The notes under the pieces are model-generated. The model was not told the origin of the DNA and ran no database searches. It worked only from the letters and a program-made list of their open reading frames with translations. A DNA stretch of 64,000 bases, from positions 7,789 through 71,788 of the forward strand of contig JABDNG010000068.1 of assembly GCA_013001045.1 (NCBI GenBank), in the 5' to 3' direction. The position numbers and the translations under genes are program-made. Shown here piece after piece: positions 10,095 to 20,467 of the stretch (the first letter of the stretch is position 1; each line of letters starts with the position of its first letter). This DNA is from Woeseiaceae bacterium. GTDB taxonomy: Bacteria > Pseudomonadota > Gammaproteobacteria > Steroidobacterales > Woeseiaceae.

Positions 10095-10664
10095 ATGCGC
10101 CGGATTTGCGTCTACTGTGGATCGAACATCGGCGCACGACCGCTGTACGCCGACGCGGCACGTGATCTCGCCGACGTCCTGGTGCGACATGACCTCGAAC
10201 TGGTCTATGGCGGTGCGGACATAGGCATCATGGGCATCATTGCGAACGCGGTGCTCGAGCGGGGCGGCAAGGTTCACGGCGTAATCCCGAAAATGCTGTA
10301 TGAAAAGGAGATTGCGCATCAAGGTCTGACCGAACTGCACATTGTATCGTCAATGCACGCACGCAAATCCATGATGGCGGCACTGTCCGACGGATTCATA
10401 GCGATGCCCGGCGGTTTCGGGACGCTTGAGGAGATCATTGAGATCATCACCTGGGGGCAGCTCCGCTTTCACGAAAAGCCCTGCGGGTTGCTCAATAGCG
10501 ATGGCTATTTCGATCAGCTGCTTGCTTACCTGGATCATGCAAATACGGAAGGATTCTTGCGATCCGAAAACCGGCGAATGCTGCTCTCCGACAGAAGTGC
10601 GACGCAATTGATACAGAAATTCGAGCGATATACGGCGCCACACGTTGATAAGTGGACCGGCTAG
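10095..10664 (+). CDS. LOG family nucleotide phosphoribohydrolase (TIGR00730)
   Basis: ICVYCGS, LVYGG, MH.RK and PGG.GTLEE motifs. Confidence 0.9.
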   Translation: MRRICVYCGSNIGARPLYADAARDLADVLVRHDLELVYGGADIGIMGIIANAVLERGGKVHGVIPKMLYEKEIAHQGLTELHIVSSMHARKSMMAALSDGFIAMPGGFGTLEEIIEIITWGQLRFHEKPCGLLNSDGYFDQLLAYLDHANTEGFLRSENRRMLLSDRSATQLIQKFERYTAPHVDKWTG

Positions 10665-10672
10665 CGGGCCAA

Positions 10673-11839
10673 CTACCTGAAATTTACGCGCAACGTTCCA
10701 GTTGCCGGCGACCTCAGGTTCTTGCCATGCAACGCGTAACGAATACCGAAGCGCCGGCCGATCAGACCGGGACCGATACAAACTCTGAGCGGAGATGCGA
10801 ATGCCTCGATCGGTTTTTCGACCGGAATATTGCCAATTTTCTTCGTGATATGTATGGACTTCTTGTGTTGGCTGACGAACGGGTACGATGCCATTTCGGC
10901 GGGCGATCGATCTACGTATTCCTCATTGCGCAAGGCTTTGGGCAATCGGTCGGCAATGTACAGGTCGTCATCTTTTGGCAGGACCAGCGCTATTGATGCG
11001 TCGACAATGGGTTCGTCACCCTGGTTGCAGACGACGATTTGAATTTCTTCGCAATTTTTCTCGAACAGGAAATGGCTGTCGTGATTCCTGTACTTGTGTC
11101 GAATTTGCTCCATCTCCTGCATCAGTTCGTCCGGCGTGCGGCTGACGTAGGGATCGTCCGACCCGTACAGCCGTGCATGTACCAGCCTGGCCATTACGGT
11201 CGTCGAACCGGAGTCCTTGGTATTCATCTGGATCTTGACCAGTTGTTCGAGCTTGCTGGCGGCGATTGCCGACGGTAATTGTGAAAGGTCGCATGATTGC
11301 AACGTCAGGGACTTGTGACTGATTTCACCCGCGAAGCCGACCTCGATGTTTTGTGCCGGGATCGAGCCCTGGAATTTTCTTTCGAATAAAGTCTGCAGCT
11401 GCCGGCGTCCCATCTTGACCGCCGTATCTTTCAAGCGCATGTATGCATCGCCGCGGCGCAGAGTTTCCGAGTAATCGATACGCATCATGTATGGTCGGTC
11501 CTGGCAGTCGCCAATCTCGAATACGCCGACCCGATTGCCGTCGACTGATACGGGTTTGTAACGAATGCGCAGTGGCGGTTCGATGTATTCATTCGCGAGT
11601 GCCTCATAGGCCGGCTTGCCCGCGAAGTCCTTTTCGTTGACCGGATGTACGCGCTTGCGGCCTCGACGGTCGATTTCAGTCCCGATGACGATGTACCGTG
11701 GCCCGTCGACCGACGCGTTTGCAATCGCCAACACGTCACGCAGGAAGCTCTCGACCCCCTTGGCCCCGTAAGGCTGCTTACGCAGCTGCACGCCGTCGTC
11801 GGGCGTACCTGACCGCGCTATATTCGCTAAGTTCTTCAT
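10673..11839 (-). CDS. Schlafen/AlbA_2 domain protein with uncharacterised C-terminus
   Basis: N-terminal FLRDVLAIAN...YIVIG...I.PP.....Y.R pattern typical of AlbA_2. Confidence 0.6.
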   Translation of the reverse strand: MKNLANIARSGTPDDGVQLRKQPYGAKGVESFLRDVLAIANASVDGPRYIVIGTEIDRRGRKRVHPVNEKDFAGKPAYEALANEYIEPPLRIRYKPVSVDGNRVGVFEIGDCQDRPYMMRIDYSETLRRGDAYMRLKDTAVKMGRRQLQTLFERKFQGSIPAQNIEVGFAGEISHKSLTLQSCDLSQLPSAIAASKLEQLVKIQMNTKDSGSTTVMARLVHARLYGSDDPYVSRTPDELMQEMEQIRHKYRNHDSHFLFEKNCEEIQIVVCNQGDEPIVDASIALVLPKDDDLYIADRLPKALRNEEYVDRSPAEMASYPFVSQHKKSIHITKKIGNIPVEKPIEAFASPLRVCIGPGLIGRRFGIRYALHGKNLRSPATGTLRVNFR

Positions 11840-11947
11840 GAATCGCCCAATTTTGTCAGCTTATGTTCAACAGAATGGGAACCAATCGACATTTCAGAAG
11901 ATCGATGGACGATTTACAGCATCACTGGCATTGGCGAAACTGTGCGA

Positions 11948-13012
11948 ATGTCGTCGACTTTAACAGCGCATATGGCCGTATTGGCCGAGCCACCGCGCAT
12001 TCCTGTCGCTGAAATCGAGCTTGCCGTCGAACGGCGGTTCGGCCTGTGTGGTGCTTATTTGCCCCTTATCAGCGAGCGCGATCAGAACTTTCGCCTCAAG
12101 ACGAGCGGCGGGGCCGAATACGTCGTCAAAGTGACAAGTTCAGCTGAGCCCCGGCGGGTGAGCGACTTCCAGATCGCGGCGCTGCGGCATCTCGAGAAGG
12201 CGGGGACAGTGCCCGTGCCCCAGGTCGTTTCGGCCCTTGACGGGCGGCACTCCAGCCGTATCGAGTATGCCGGTGTGTCGCACAGGCTGCGGCTGGTCAG
12301 CTACCTTGCCGGCGAGCCGCTTGCGTTGCTCCCTGTAGACGCCGACATGGCGCGGGATTTTGGTGCCAGCCTCGCGCTGCTGGACCGCGGGCTCGATGGA
12401 TTTTCGCACCAGGGCGAGCACCCGGTACTGCTATGGGACCTGCAGCGCGCCGCCGAGCTACGGGATCTTCTTGTTTATATCGACGACCCGGCAATTCGCG
12501 GCTCCGTATCCGGCGCAATTGATGATTTTGAGCGCAGGATCTTGCCGACGATTCCTGCCTTGCGCTCGCAGGTGATCCACGGCGACGCCAATCCCGAAAA
12601 TGTGCTTGTCGACCCGGAGAGCCGTCGCGTCTCGGGGTTCATCGATTTCGGCGACATGGTCCGTGCGCCGCTCGTGTTCGATGTCGCCATTGCGGCGTCC
12701 TACCTGCGCACGGACGACGTTGATGCACTAGCGCTGATTGCCCCGTTCGTCGCCGCATATCAGGCGTCCAACCCGCTGTCGAGGACCGAGCTGGGCTTGT
12801 TGTTTGATCTCGTACGAGTGCGGCTTGCGACGACGATCACGCTGCTCCATTGGCGCCTCAGGGCCCGTGACAGCGGCGATGCCTACCGCCAGAAAACCCA
12901 GCATCGCGAAGCGGGTGCGACGACTTTCCTGTCAATTCTCGACCGGCTCGGGCAAGCGAAATTCACGAAGCGGTTGCAAGACTCGCGGCCATTCAGCGCG
13001 GAGCTTATTTAA
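11948..13012 (+). CDS. APH-family phosphotransferase (hydroxylysine kinase/homoserine kinase II-like)
   Basis: SERDQNF, WDL, catalytic HGDANPEN and DFGD motifs. Confidence 0.8.
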   Translation: MSSTLTAHMAVLAEPPRIPVAEIELAVERRFGLCGAYLPLISERDQNFRLKTSGGAEYVVKVTSSAEPRRVSDFQIAALRHLEKAGTVPVPQVVSALDGRHSSRIEYAGVSHRLRLVSYLAGEPLALLPVDADMARDFGASLALLDRGLDGFSHQGEHPVLLWDLQRAAELRDLLVYIDDPAIRGSVSGAIDDFERRILPTIPALRSQVIHGDANPENVLVDPESRRVSGFIDFGDMVRAPLVFDVAIAASYLRTDDVDALALIAPFVAAYQASNPLSRTELGLLFDLVRVRLATTITLLHWRLRARDSGDAYRQKTQHREAGATTFLSILDRLGQAKFTKRLQDSRPFSAELI

Positions 13013-13137
13013 CAATAATCAGCCTGATTGACGTCGTGTCGCACTTTTTTACGGCCATTTGAGTAACAGTTCCTTAATCCTTTGGACCGCAATCCGTAGC
13101 ATCGGGCACGAATGTTGCATTTTCGAGCTTGACGCCG

Positions 13138-15090
13138 ATGAACCTGAACGTTGCGTTGTCTGTATTGCTGGTCTTCACCGCCGCCTGTTACCTGATGATG
13201 GGCTCGCGGCTGATTACATCAAAACGCGAAGTAGGCAGCATGCCGATCGGCGTGTTGTTTGTCGTGATCAGTTTCTGGGTTGTTGGTGCGGCAATTGAGC
13301 TCCTGGCGGAAAGCTACAGCGTGTTTTCCGTCGGTCGCACCGGGCACTTTATTGGCACAGCACTGACGCCGATTGTCGCTTACGTGTGCTTTCGGGAGTA
13401 CACGGGTTCGGACACGGCGCCGCGCACACTTGCGCTATTAAGCATTATTCCACTTGTCTCGGTTTTGCTGGCCGCCACCAACGTCTATCACGAGTTTATG
13501 TGGTACTTGCCGATCGCCAATGAGGCCGGGCAGTTTCTGACGCGACCTGAGCGATGGGGTACCTGGTTCCTGTTCGTACACCTGCCGTACAGTTATGCGG
13601 TGATCGGCGCCGCGATCATGACGTTGCTGAATCACAGTTCAGCCGTGGCGCCGGCACACCGGCGTGGACTGTATCTGCTGACAGCGGCTTGTGTTGTGCC
13701 GATGACGGCGACGGTGGTGTACGACCTCGGAATCGGCCCGAATACGATTTCGTTTGTGCCGCTCGTATTCTCCGTAATGCTGCCGATCTACGCATGGCTG
13801 ATCATCGGCGAAAAAATCGTTGAGTTCGCACCGTTGGCTTACGAGGCCGTTTTCCAGCACATGCAGGATCCTGTGGTTGTCGTTGATGATCAGTGTCGCG
13901 TTATCGGCCTGAATCACGGTGCCGAAAACATGCTTTCGATAGCAGAGTCGGCGGCACTCAGGGAGCCGCTGGAGACTCTTTTCGGTGAGGACTCACCCGA
14001 GGTGTTCGAAGTTCTAAATTCGGGCGCGCCGCAAAAAATGATGACCTCGACCGGTCGCTTCCTGCACGTACAGGTATCGCCAATTGACACGAGCCGCACG
14101 TCGGCACGCGGCGGCAAGGTACTGATGTTTCGCGACGTGAGTGATGTCGAAAACGCACAGAAAGAGGTGCGCCAGAGCGAGAAATTGTTGCGTACGATCA
14201 TCAACCATTCCGTCAACGGAGTTATTCGATTCCGCTGGGAGACGGACTCCAATGGCCGCCCGATCTTGCGCAGCATTTTCGCGAACGCCGCCGCGGGTCG
14301 ATTCCTTGACGAGCCTGCAGACGACCTCGTCGGTCGCGTTGCCCCGGATCTCATTCGAATTGTGACTTCCGATATTGAGACCCGAGAGGCCGACGAAGCC
14401 GTCCGTCGTTTCGAAACAGCAGCACGCAGCGGCGACAGCCTGCAGATCGAGGTTCCGCAACGCAGGCGCGGAGAGGATCGCTGGCTGCGAATAATCTCTG
14501 AACCGATGGGAGATGACATCGCCACGACGTTTGTCGATATCACCGACAGCAAGGTGAAAGAACGGCAAATGGAATCCATCGCAACCTCGGATCCATTGAC
14601 AGGGGTATTGAACCGCCGCGGCTTCGAGCGCGACGCGACAGAGCGATTGTCTGCCAGCGACGATTACGCAACCGGCGCACTGCTCTTTATCGATCTGAAT
14701 GACTTCAAAACGATCAATGACCGGTTTGGCCATGAAATTGGCGACCAGTTGCTGCGCATCGCGGCGCAGCGTCTGCGCAAGAATCTGCGTTCGTGCGACA
14801 TCATCGGTCGCCCAGGCGGCGACGAATTCGTCGCCCTGGTGCCCGACGTAGATGCCAATACGGCGGACGTGCTCGCGGTGCGTCTGACCAAGGGGCTCGA
14901 GGAGCCGTACGTAATCGGCGACAAGACGCTGCATTGCCCGGCGAGTATCGGCCTTGCACTTTACCCGGAAAACGCCAGCACGCTCACCGGGCTGCTGCGT
15001 GAGGCCGATGAAGCAATGTATCGGGCCAAGGCGCGCTGCCGTGGTGTCACCAGTATTCATGGCGGCGATTTACTCGAAAAAGCAGTGTAA
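13138..15090 (+). CDS. Diguanylate cyclase with 7TM (HisKA_7TM-like) and PAS domains
   Basis: About seven hydrophobic helices, PAS-like segments, DPLTG..NRR, DLNDFK.IND.FGH, RSCD I-site and GGDEF. Confidence 0.9.
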   Translation: MNLNVALSVLLVFTAACYLMMGSRLITSKREVGSMPIGVLFVVISFWVVGAAIELLAESYSVFSVGRTGHFIGTALTPIVAYVCFREYTGSDTAPRTLALLSIIPLVSVLLAATNVYHEFMWYLPIANEAGQFLTRPERWGTWFLFVHLPYSYAVIGAAIMTLLNHSSAVAPAHRRGLYLLTAACVVPMTATVVYDLGIGPNTISFVPLVFSVMLPIYAWLIIGEKIVEFAPLAYEAVFQHMQDPVVVVDDQCRVIGLNHGAENMLSIAESAALREPLETLFGEDSPEVFEVLNSGAPQKMMTSTGRFLHVQVSPIDTSRTSARGGKVLMFRDVSDVENAQKEVRQSEKLLRTIINHSVNGVIRFRWETDSNGRPILRSIFANAAAGRFLDEPADDLVGRVAPDLIRIVTSDIETREADEAVRRFETAARSGDSLQIEVPQRRRGEDRWLRIISEPMGDDIATTFVDITDSKVKERQMESIATSDPLTGVLNRRGFERDATERLSASDDYATGALLFIDLNDFKTINDRFGHEIGDQLLRIAAQRLRKNLRSCDIIGRPGGDEFVALVPDVDANTADVLAVRLTKGLEEPYVIGDKTLHCPASIGLALYPENASTLTGLLREADEAMYRAKARCRGVTSIHGGDLLEKAV

Positions 15091-15141
15091 TAAAAGCGCA
15101 TAATTCGCGGTCTCTTGTTGAAACAAATCGGAGTTCCGCCC

Positions 15142-15837
15142 ATGTTCGCTGGCTTTCGTCTTTCCAAACGCTCATTCGTTCTCGGCTCACTGGCCTCGAC
15201 GATGATCCTCAGCCTTGTTTACAGTACGTCCATTCGATATGGACATGCTGACGTGCCCGTCGCCATGACGGCCGCCGAGATACGGCCGCTCGGCGTGGGT
15301 GATAAAGCGCCGCGATTCACGGTAGAGACAGTGGATAACGAACGCTTCGACTTCGACCCACGCAAGCTCGAACGGCCGGCCGTGTTGATTTCGTTTCGTG
15401 GTGGCTGGTGCCCTTACTGCAACCTGCACTTGTCGGAATTGCGTCATGCGATTCCGGAAATCAATGCGATGGGCGTCGATGTGTTGTTCTTGAGTGGCGA
15501 CCGGTCGGAACTCCTGCTCTCCAGCCTCAGTCGCGAGACTCAGGCAGATATTGACGGGCTCGATTACACGGTTCTGTCGGATGCGAATGCGCAGGCCGCC
15601 ATGGCACTCGGCATCGCGTTCAAGGCGCCGGACGAAGTGTTCAGCTATCTTGATGACAAAGGTGCCGATATCGAAGAGTCGTCCATGGCGCGGCACGGCG
15701 TATTACCTGTGCCTGCGGTCTTTGTCGTGAATCGCGAAGGGACTATCACCTACGCTTATGCCAATCCGGACTACAAGATCCGGCTTCCTGCCGATCAGGT
15801 GGTGGCTGCAGCAAGCGAGAGTGCGCTTGCCGAATAG
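15142..15837 (+). CDS. Peroxiredoxin-like AhpC/TSA family protein, exported
   Basis: FRGGWCPYCN, LSD and LPVPAVFV motifs; N-terminal hydrophobic segment. Confidence 0.82.
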   Translation: MFAGFRLSKRSFVLGSLASTMILSLVYSTSIRYGHADVPVAMTAAEIRPLGVGDKAPRFTVETVDNERFDFDPRKLERPAVLISFRGGWCPYCNLHLSELRHAIPEINAMGVDVLFLSGDRSELLLSSLSRETQADIDGLDYTVLSDANAQAAMALGIAFKAPDEVFSYLDDKGADIEESSMARHGVLPVPAVFVVNREGTITYAYANPDYKIRLPADQVVAAASESALAE

Positions 15838-15947
15838 GCCCGTCTGTGGTGCAAATTAACGCCCGCTGATGATAGGCTTCGTGCTCACGAAATGGGCACC
15901 AAGACACCTATGACTGCAGCGATCGTTTGCGTATTTGTCCCGGCCTG

Positions 15948-17258
15948 ATGGCCGGGAACGCTGATATCAACGTGACTCGTCGCATCATCAGGGCCGCGAC
16001 CAAAATAGAAGCGCATGAGTTAACGGCGACGCTATTGTCGTTCGCGTTCGTCTTTATCCTCATGGCTGCGTATTTCATTTTACGGCCCGTGCGCGATGCC
16101 ATGGCCAGCGACTGGAGCGATGTCGAAGTCAGCTGGCTGTGGTCGATGACGTTCTTCTTCAGCCTGGTTGCCGTGAGCGTTTACGGGGCCGTGGTCTCGG
16201 CAGTGCGGTTCCAGACCCTGGTGCCAGCTGTCTATGCGTTTTTCGCGGCGTCATTCTTCGCCTTCTATTTCGGATCATCGTTCGTCGCTGATGCTGTGTT
16301 GGTCGACAAGGCTTTTTACGTCTGGCTCAGTGTGTTTAGTCTTTTTCATGTCTCGGTGTTCTGGAGCTTCATGTCGGATCTGTGGAGTCGCGAGCAGGCG
16401 CCGCGGCTCTTTGGATTCATCGCGACGGGTGCGAGCGTCGGTGCGATCGTTGGCCCACTGATCACGGCGCTGCTGGTCGAGCGCATCGGCACAGACAACC
16501 TGATGCTGGTGTCCGCGACACTCCTGCTGCTACCAATCCCTATTATCCTGACGCTGGCGCGCCTCAAAATAACGACACTTGGCAACGCGGACGTCAGCGC
16601 TGATCTGAGCGCGCAGCAGGCGATCGGTCGCAACCCGTTCGCGGGCTTCGGTATCTTCCTGACGAGCCGCTACCTGATTGGTATCGGTCTGTTCATCATT
16701 TTGTACGTTGCGATTGGTTCATTCGTGTATTTCGAGCTCAAGAACCTGCTGGCCGAATTTTCTCGCGAGGATCGCACGCAGATTTGGGCGTATATCGATC
16801 TGGCGGTGAACTCCCTCGCGATTTTCACGGCGATGTTCCTGACCAGTCGAATCGCGACGCGCTTCGGCATGGCGACGACGCTGGCACTGGTGCCACTCCT
16901 GATTGTGGTCGGTATGCTGGTGATCGCGCTGTCGCCCGTGGTCGCGGTCGTCGCCGGCCTGCAGGTCGCTCGACGCGCGGGCAACTACGCGATCACGCGG
17001 CCGGGCCGCGAAATGCTATTCACGGTCGTCGACAGGGAAACCCGATTCAAAGCCAAGCCCGTTATTGATATTGTGCTGTACCGCGGCGGCGACATGCTGA
17101 CCGCCTGGGCATTTACATTGCTCACAGCAGGATTCGGGCTAGGGCTTGGAGCGGTCGCCGCCGTCGGCGCAGTCATCGCAGCGATTTGGGCCGTTGTCGG
17201 CATTTACCTCGGCAGGACGTACGAGCGGTTCGGCGATATTGGGGTCGACCCCGACTAA
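15948..17258 (+). CDS. MFS transporter, NTT/TLC (ATP/ADP translocase-like) family
   Basis: YFILRPVRDAM, SVFWSFM.D, RLFGFI..G, RPGREMLFT and KAK..ID motifs; start codon uncertain. Confidence 0.75.
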   Translation: MAGNADINVTRRIIRAATKIEAHELTATLLSFAFVFILMAAYFILRPVRDAMASDWSDVEVSWLWSMTFFFSLVAVSVYGAVVSAVRFQTLVPAVYAFFAASFFAFYFGSSFVADAVLVDKAFYVWLSVFSLFHVSVFWSFMSDLWSREQAPRLFGFIATGASVGAIVGPLITALLVERIGTDNLMLVSATLLLLPIPIILTLARLKITTLGNADVSADLSAQQAIGRNPFAGFGIFLTSRYLIGIGLFIILYVAIGSFVYFELKNLLAEFSREDRTQIWAYIDLAVNSLAIFTAMFLTSRIATRFGMATTLALVPLLIVVGMLVIALSPVVAVVAGLQVARRAGNYAITRPGREMLFTVVDRETRFKAKPVIDIVLYRGGDMLTAWAFTLLTAGFGLGLGAVAAVGAVIAAIWAVVGIYLGRTYERFGDIGVDPD

Positions 17259-17278
17259 CAACGAAAAGGAGTGACGCG

Positions 17279-17836
17279 GTGGCACTGAGAAACACAGCGA
17301 CGGAATTCGGTTCATTAGCGAAAGCGCTGCATTGGCTGGTAGCGATCGGGCTGTTCGCGTTGGTGTACCTGGGACTCCTGCAGGCGGGTATGGATCGCGG
17401 CCCCGAGAAGACAGAGATCCGTTTCATTCATGGCTCGATTGCGATGGCCGTGTTCTCGCTGATGACCTTAAGAATCGTCTGGCGCTTCATGAACGATGTG
17501 CCGACACACCCGGAGGGTATGGCGGTCTGGCAACGGGTCAGCGCATCGCTGGTGCATTGGGGACTCTACATCGCGGTATTTGTACAATTGACTTCGGGCG
17601 GCATGACGGTCGCGACGGGTGGCAAGGCGTTGCCGTTCTTTGGATTGTTCTCTGTGCCGTTGCCCGTTGCGGAAAACCGTGAAAACCACGAGTTCTGGGA
17701 GGAGATTCACGAATTCGCATGGCAAATAGTCGCGCTACTTGTTGTTATCCATGTACTGGGTGCCGTGTACAACCACTTCATCGCAAAAAATGATGTCCTG
17801 CGCCGCATGACGGTTGGGCTCAGGCAACAACGATGA
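17279..17836 (+). CDS. Cytochrome b561
   Basis: LHW, H.SI, VHW.LY and H...A.Y.HF...D..L.RM His ligands; GTG start after AAGGAG. Confidence 0.85.
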   Translation: MALRNTATEFGSLAKALHWLVAIGLFALVYLGLLQAGMDRGPEKTEIRFIHGSIAMAVFSLMTLRIVWRFMNDVPTHPEGMAVWQRVSASLVHWGLYIAVFVQLTSGGMTVATGGKALPFFGLFSVPLPVAENRENHEFWEEIHEFAWQIVALLVVIHVLGAVYNHFIAKNDVLRRMTVGLRQQR

Positions 17837-19038
17837 CTGCAGCGTTTATTTGCGATGCGGTGCGAACTCCCATCGGACGTTACGGCGGCGCGCTGTCTTC
17901 AATACGTACCGACGATCTCGGTGCGATCCCCCTGGCGGCCCTGCTTGAACGCAATGCGACGCTGAGTCCGGTTGCGATCGAAGACCTTGCGTTCGGTTGT
18001 GCCAACCAGGCCGGCGAGGACAATCGTAATGTCGCGCGCATGTCGTTGTTGCTGGCGGGCTTGCCCGTTACGGTGCCAGCGGTGACGGTTAACCGGCTGT
18101 GCGGCTCTGGCATGAACGCGATCGGCAACATTGCCGACAGTATTCGCGCGGGCGCAATCCGCCTGGGCATTGCGGGTGGTGTCGAGTCCATGTCCCGCGC
18201 GCCCATGGTCATGCCAAAGCAGACTACCGCATTTGGAAGGAATGCCGAGCTCTACGACACGACGCTGGGCTGGCGCTTTGTAAACCAGAAACTCGAAGCC
18301 CAGTACGGGGTCGATTCCATGGCCGAAACGGCGGAAAACGTCGCCGACGGCTTCTTGATTTCACGCGACGATCAGGATCGGTTTGCGCTGCGTAGTCAGC
18401 AACGTGCTGAGGCCGCGATGGCTGCGGGAATTTTCGACGATGAAATTATTCCGGTGTCGGTGCCACAGCGACGCGGTGATGCGCTTATCGTTGATAAAGA
18501 CGAGCACCCGCGGCACGGGTCCACGATCGAGGGACTGACAAAGCTCAAGCCTATCGTTCGCGAAGGCGGCAGCATCACGGCTGGGAATTCGTCGGGTATC
18601 AATGATGGCGCTTGCGCCATGCTCGTTGCGTCTGAAGATATGGCGAAGGCGCAAGGTCTCGAGCCGCTGGCGCGTGTCGTTGCCTGGGCGGTCGCCGGCG
18701 TCGAGCCCCGCATCATGGGCATCGGGCCGGCGCCCGCTTCGCAGAAAGTGCTGGAGCAATGCGGAATGAGTATCGGGCAGATGGACGTTATCGAACTCAA
18801 CGAGGCTTTTGCTGCGCAAGGTCTCGCGACCTTACGACAATTGGGTGTGGACGATGATGCTGACCACGTTAATCCTAACGGTGGCGCGATCGCATTAGGT
18901 CATCCACTCGGCATGTCGGGTGCGCGACTGGTTGCGACAGCGGCGTACCAGCTGCGGCGCGGCGGCGGGCGTCTTGCGCTTTGCGCCATGTGCATTGGTG
19001 TCGGGCAGGGCATCGCCATGATTATCGAACGCGTCTGA
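17833..19038 (+). CDS. pcaF: 3-oxoadipyl-CoA thiolase (PcaF/PaaJ)
   Basis: GCANQAGEDNRNVARM, NRLCGSG, NEAFA, GHPLG and CIGVGQG motifs. Confidence 0.9.
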   Translation: MTAAFICDAVRTPIGRYGGALSSIRTDDLGAIPLAALLERNATLSPVAIEDLAFGCANQAGEDNRNVARMSLLLAGLPVTVPAVTVNRLCGSGMNAIGNIADSIRAGAIRLGIAGGVESMSRAPMVMPKQTTAFGRNAELYDTTLGWRFVNQKLEAQYGVDSMAETAENVADGFLISRDDQDRFALRSQQRAEAAMAAGIFDDEIIPVSVPQRRGDALIVDKDEHPRHGSTIEGLTKLKPIVREGGSITAGNSSGINDGACAMLVASEDMAKAQGLEPLARVVAWAVAGVEPRIMGIGPAPASQKVLEQCGMSIGQMDVIELNEAFAAQGLATLRQLGVDDDADHVNPNGGAIALGHPLGMSGARLVATAAYQLRRGGGRLALCAMCIGVGQGIAMIIERV

Positions 19039-19622
19039 TGAAAAAGCGCGCGCCCAGTTACGAAACACAGGAGCTAAGGGAGTTCGCGGAGGTGCTGCGC
19101 GGCCGTCGAACGATAGAACTCTTCTTGCAAACGCCAGTGCCCGGTGAGCTCGTCGACGAAGCTATCGAGACGGCGACCTGGGCGCCCAATCATCACGTCA
19201 CCGAGCCGTGGCGCTTCATTCTGCCGGGAGACGAGTCGGTGCAAAGGATCCTGGACCTTTGTCGGCGCATCGTAAAGGAGAAGAAGGGAGCTGAGCGAGC
19301 CGAACACAAGCGCGATAGCTGGTCGCAAAAACCGGGCTGGCTGATTGTTACTTGCCAGCGCAGCGATGATGAGCTGCGACAAAAGGAAGACTATGCGGCG
19401 TGCAGTGTGGCGGTGCAGAACTTCATGTTGCACCTCTGGAAGGCGGGGGTCGGAAGCAAATGGACGACCGGCGACATCACCCGCGACCCGCGATTCATGG
19501 AGATCATTGGCGTGGACGAGTCAGACGCATTCGTCGTCGGCCTGATCTGGTTCGGCTATCCCAAACTCACGCCGTCGCAATCGCGGAAAGGCCTGGCCGA
19601 CGTGGTTTTCCGCCTACCCTAG
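19038..19622 (+). CDS. Nitroreductase family protein
   Basis: RRTI..F, APNHH.TEPWRF and QN.ML...G.G..W.TG motifs. Confidence 0.85.
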   Translation: MKKRAPSYETQELREFAEVLRGRRTIELFLQTPVPGELVDEAIETATWAPNHHVTEPWRFILPGDESVQRILDLCRRIVKEKKGAERAEHKRDSWSQKPGWLIVTCQRSDDELRQKEDYAACSVAVQNFMLHLWKAGVGSKWTTGDITRDPRFMEIIGVDESDAFVVGLIWFGYPKLTPSQSRKGLADVVFRLP

Positions 19623-20402
19623 GTTTCCCTCTGCCAGAGCGCGCTGCGCCATCAACTTCTTGCGATAACGCGACTGCACGATATCGGTGAGGACAAGAAC
19701 CACGATCACAAAATAGAACGTCGCTTTAGTCATTGGCGTGATCGGAGTGTCGAACAAATAGAGATGCGCAAGGTGCCCGCCTTCGCTGAGTAGCATGATG
19801 CCCACGACGAGCAGGATAAAGAGGCCCAAAACCTCGTACATACGGTTTTTTTCCAGGAATGCGGCGACACCATCCGCTAACCAGATCATCAGGACAGCGC
19901 CGATGAAAATCGCGGTAGCCATCACCCAAAACACGTCTGTCAGGGCAATAGCGCTGAGGATACTGTCGAACGAGAACACCAGGTTCATCAGCACGATCCA
20001 GAAGATGAGGGTTGCGACCGATTTGGGATTTCGATCGCCGTGGCCCAGTTGTTGGATCTGCATCATGTGCCAGATTTCCTTTGTTGCGGTGTAAATGATG
20101 AATGCACCGCCAAGCAACACGATGATCGAATGGACATTGAATGTTCCTTCCACGATCCCAGGCAATTGAATGGCAAACCACGGCGCTTTGAATAAGTCGA
20201 TAACGCTGACGAGCAGGAACAACAAGCCAATACGCAGAATCATTGCAAGTGCAATACCGATACGGCGAACGAGCGCTTGCTTGTCGGCCGGCGCACGCTG
20301 CGACTCGAGCGAGATATACAGCAGGTTGTCAAAGCCAAGTACCGCCTGTAAGAGCGTCAACATGGCCAGCGTAAACAGGTTATCGAGCGAAAAAATATCC
20401 AT
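19614..20402 (-). CDS. TerC family membrane protein
   Basis: LQAVLGFDN and NLVFSFDSILSA motifs. Confidence 0.85.
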   Translation of the reverse strand: MDIFSLDNLFTLAMLTLLQAVLGFDNLLYISLESQRAPADKQALVRRIGIALAMILRIGLLFLLVSVIDLFKAPWFAIQLPGIVEGTFNVHSIIVLLGGAFIIYTATKEIWHMMQIQQLGHGDRNPKSVATLIFWIVLMNLVFSFDSILSAIALTDVFWVMATAIFIGAVLMIWLADGVAAFLEKNRMYEVLGLFILLVVGIMLLSEGGHLAHLYLFDTPITPMTKATFYFVIVVLVLTDIVQSRYRKKLMAQRALAEGNLG

Positions 20403-20467
20403 AGATTCGAATCCGTCAGGTCGGGATGTGTCGCAGCCGGCATTCTAACGGTTGCGACTCCGATTCT

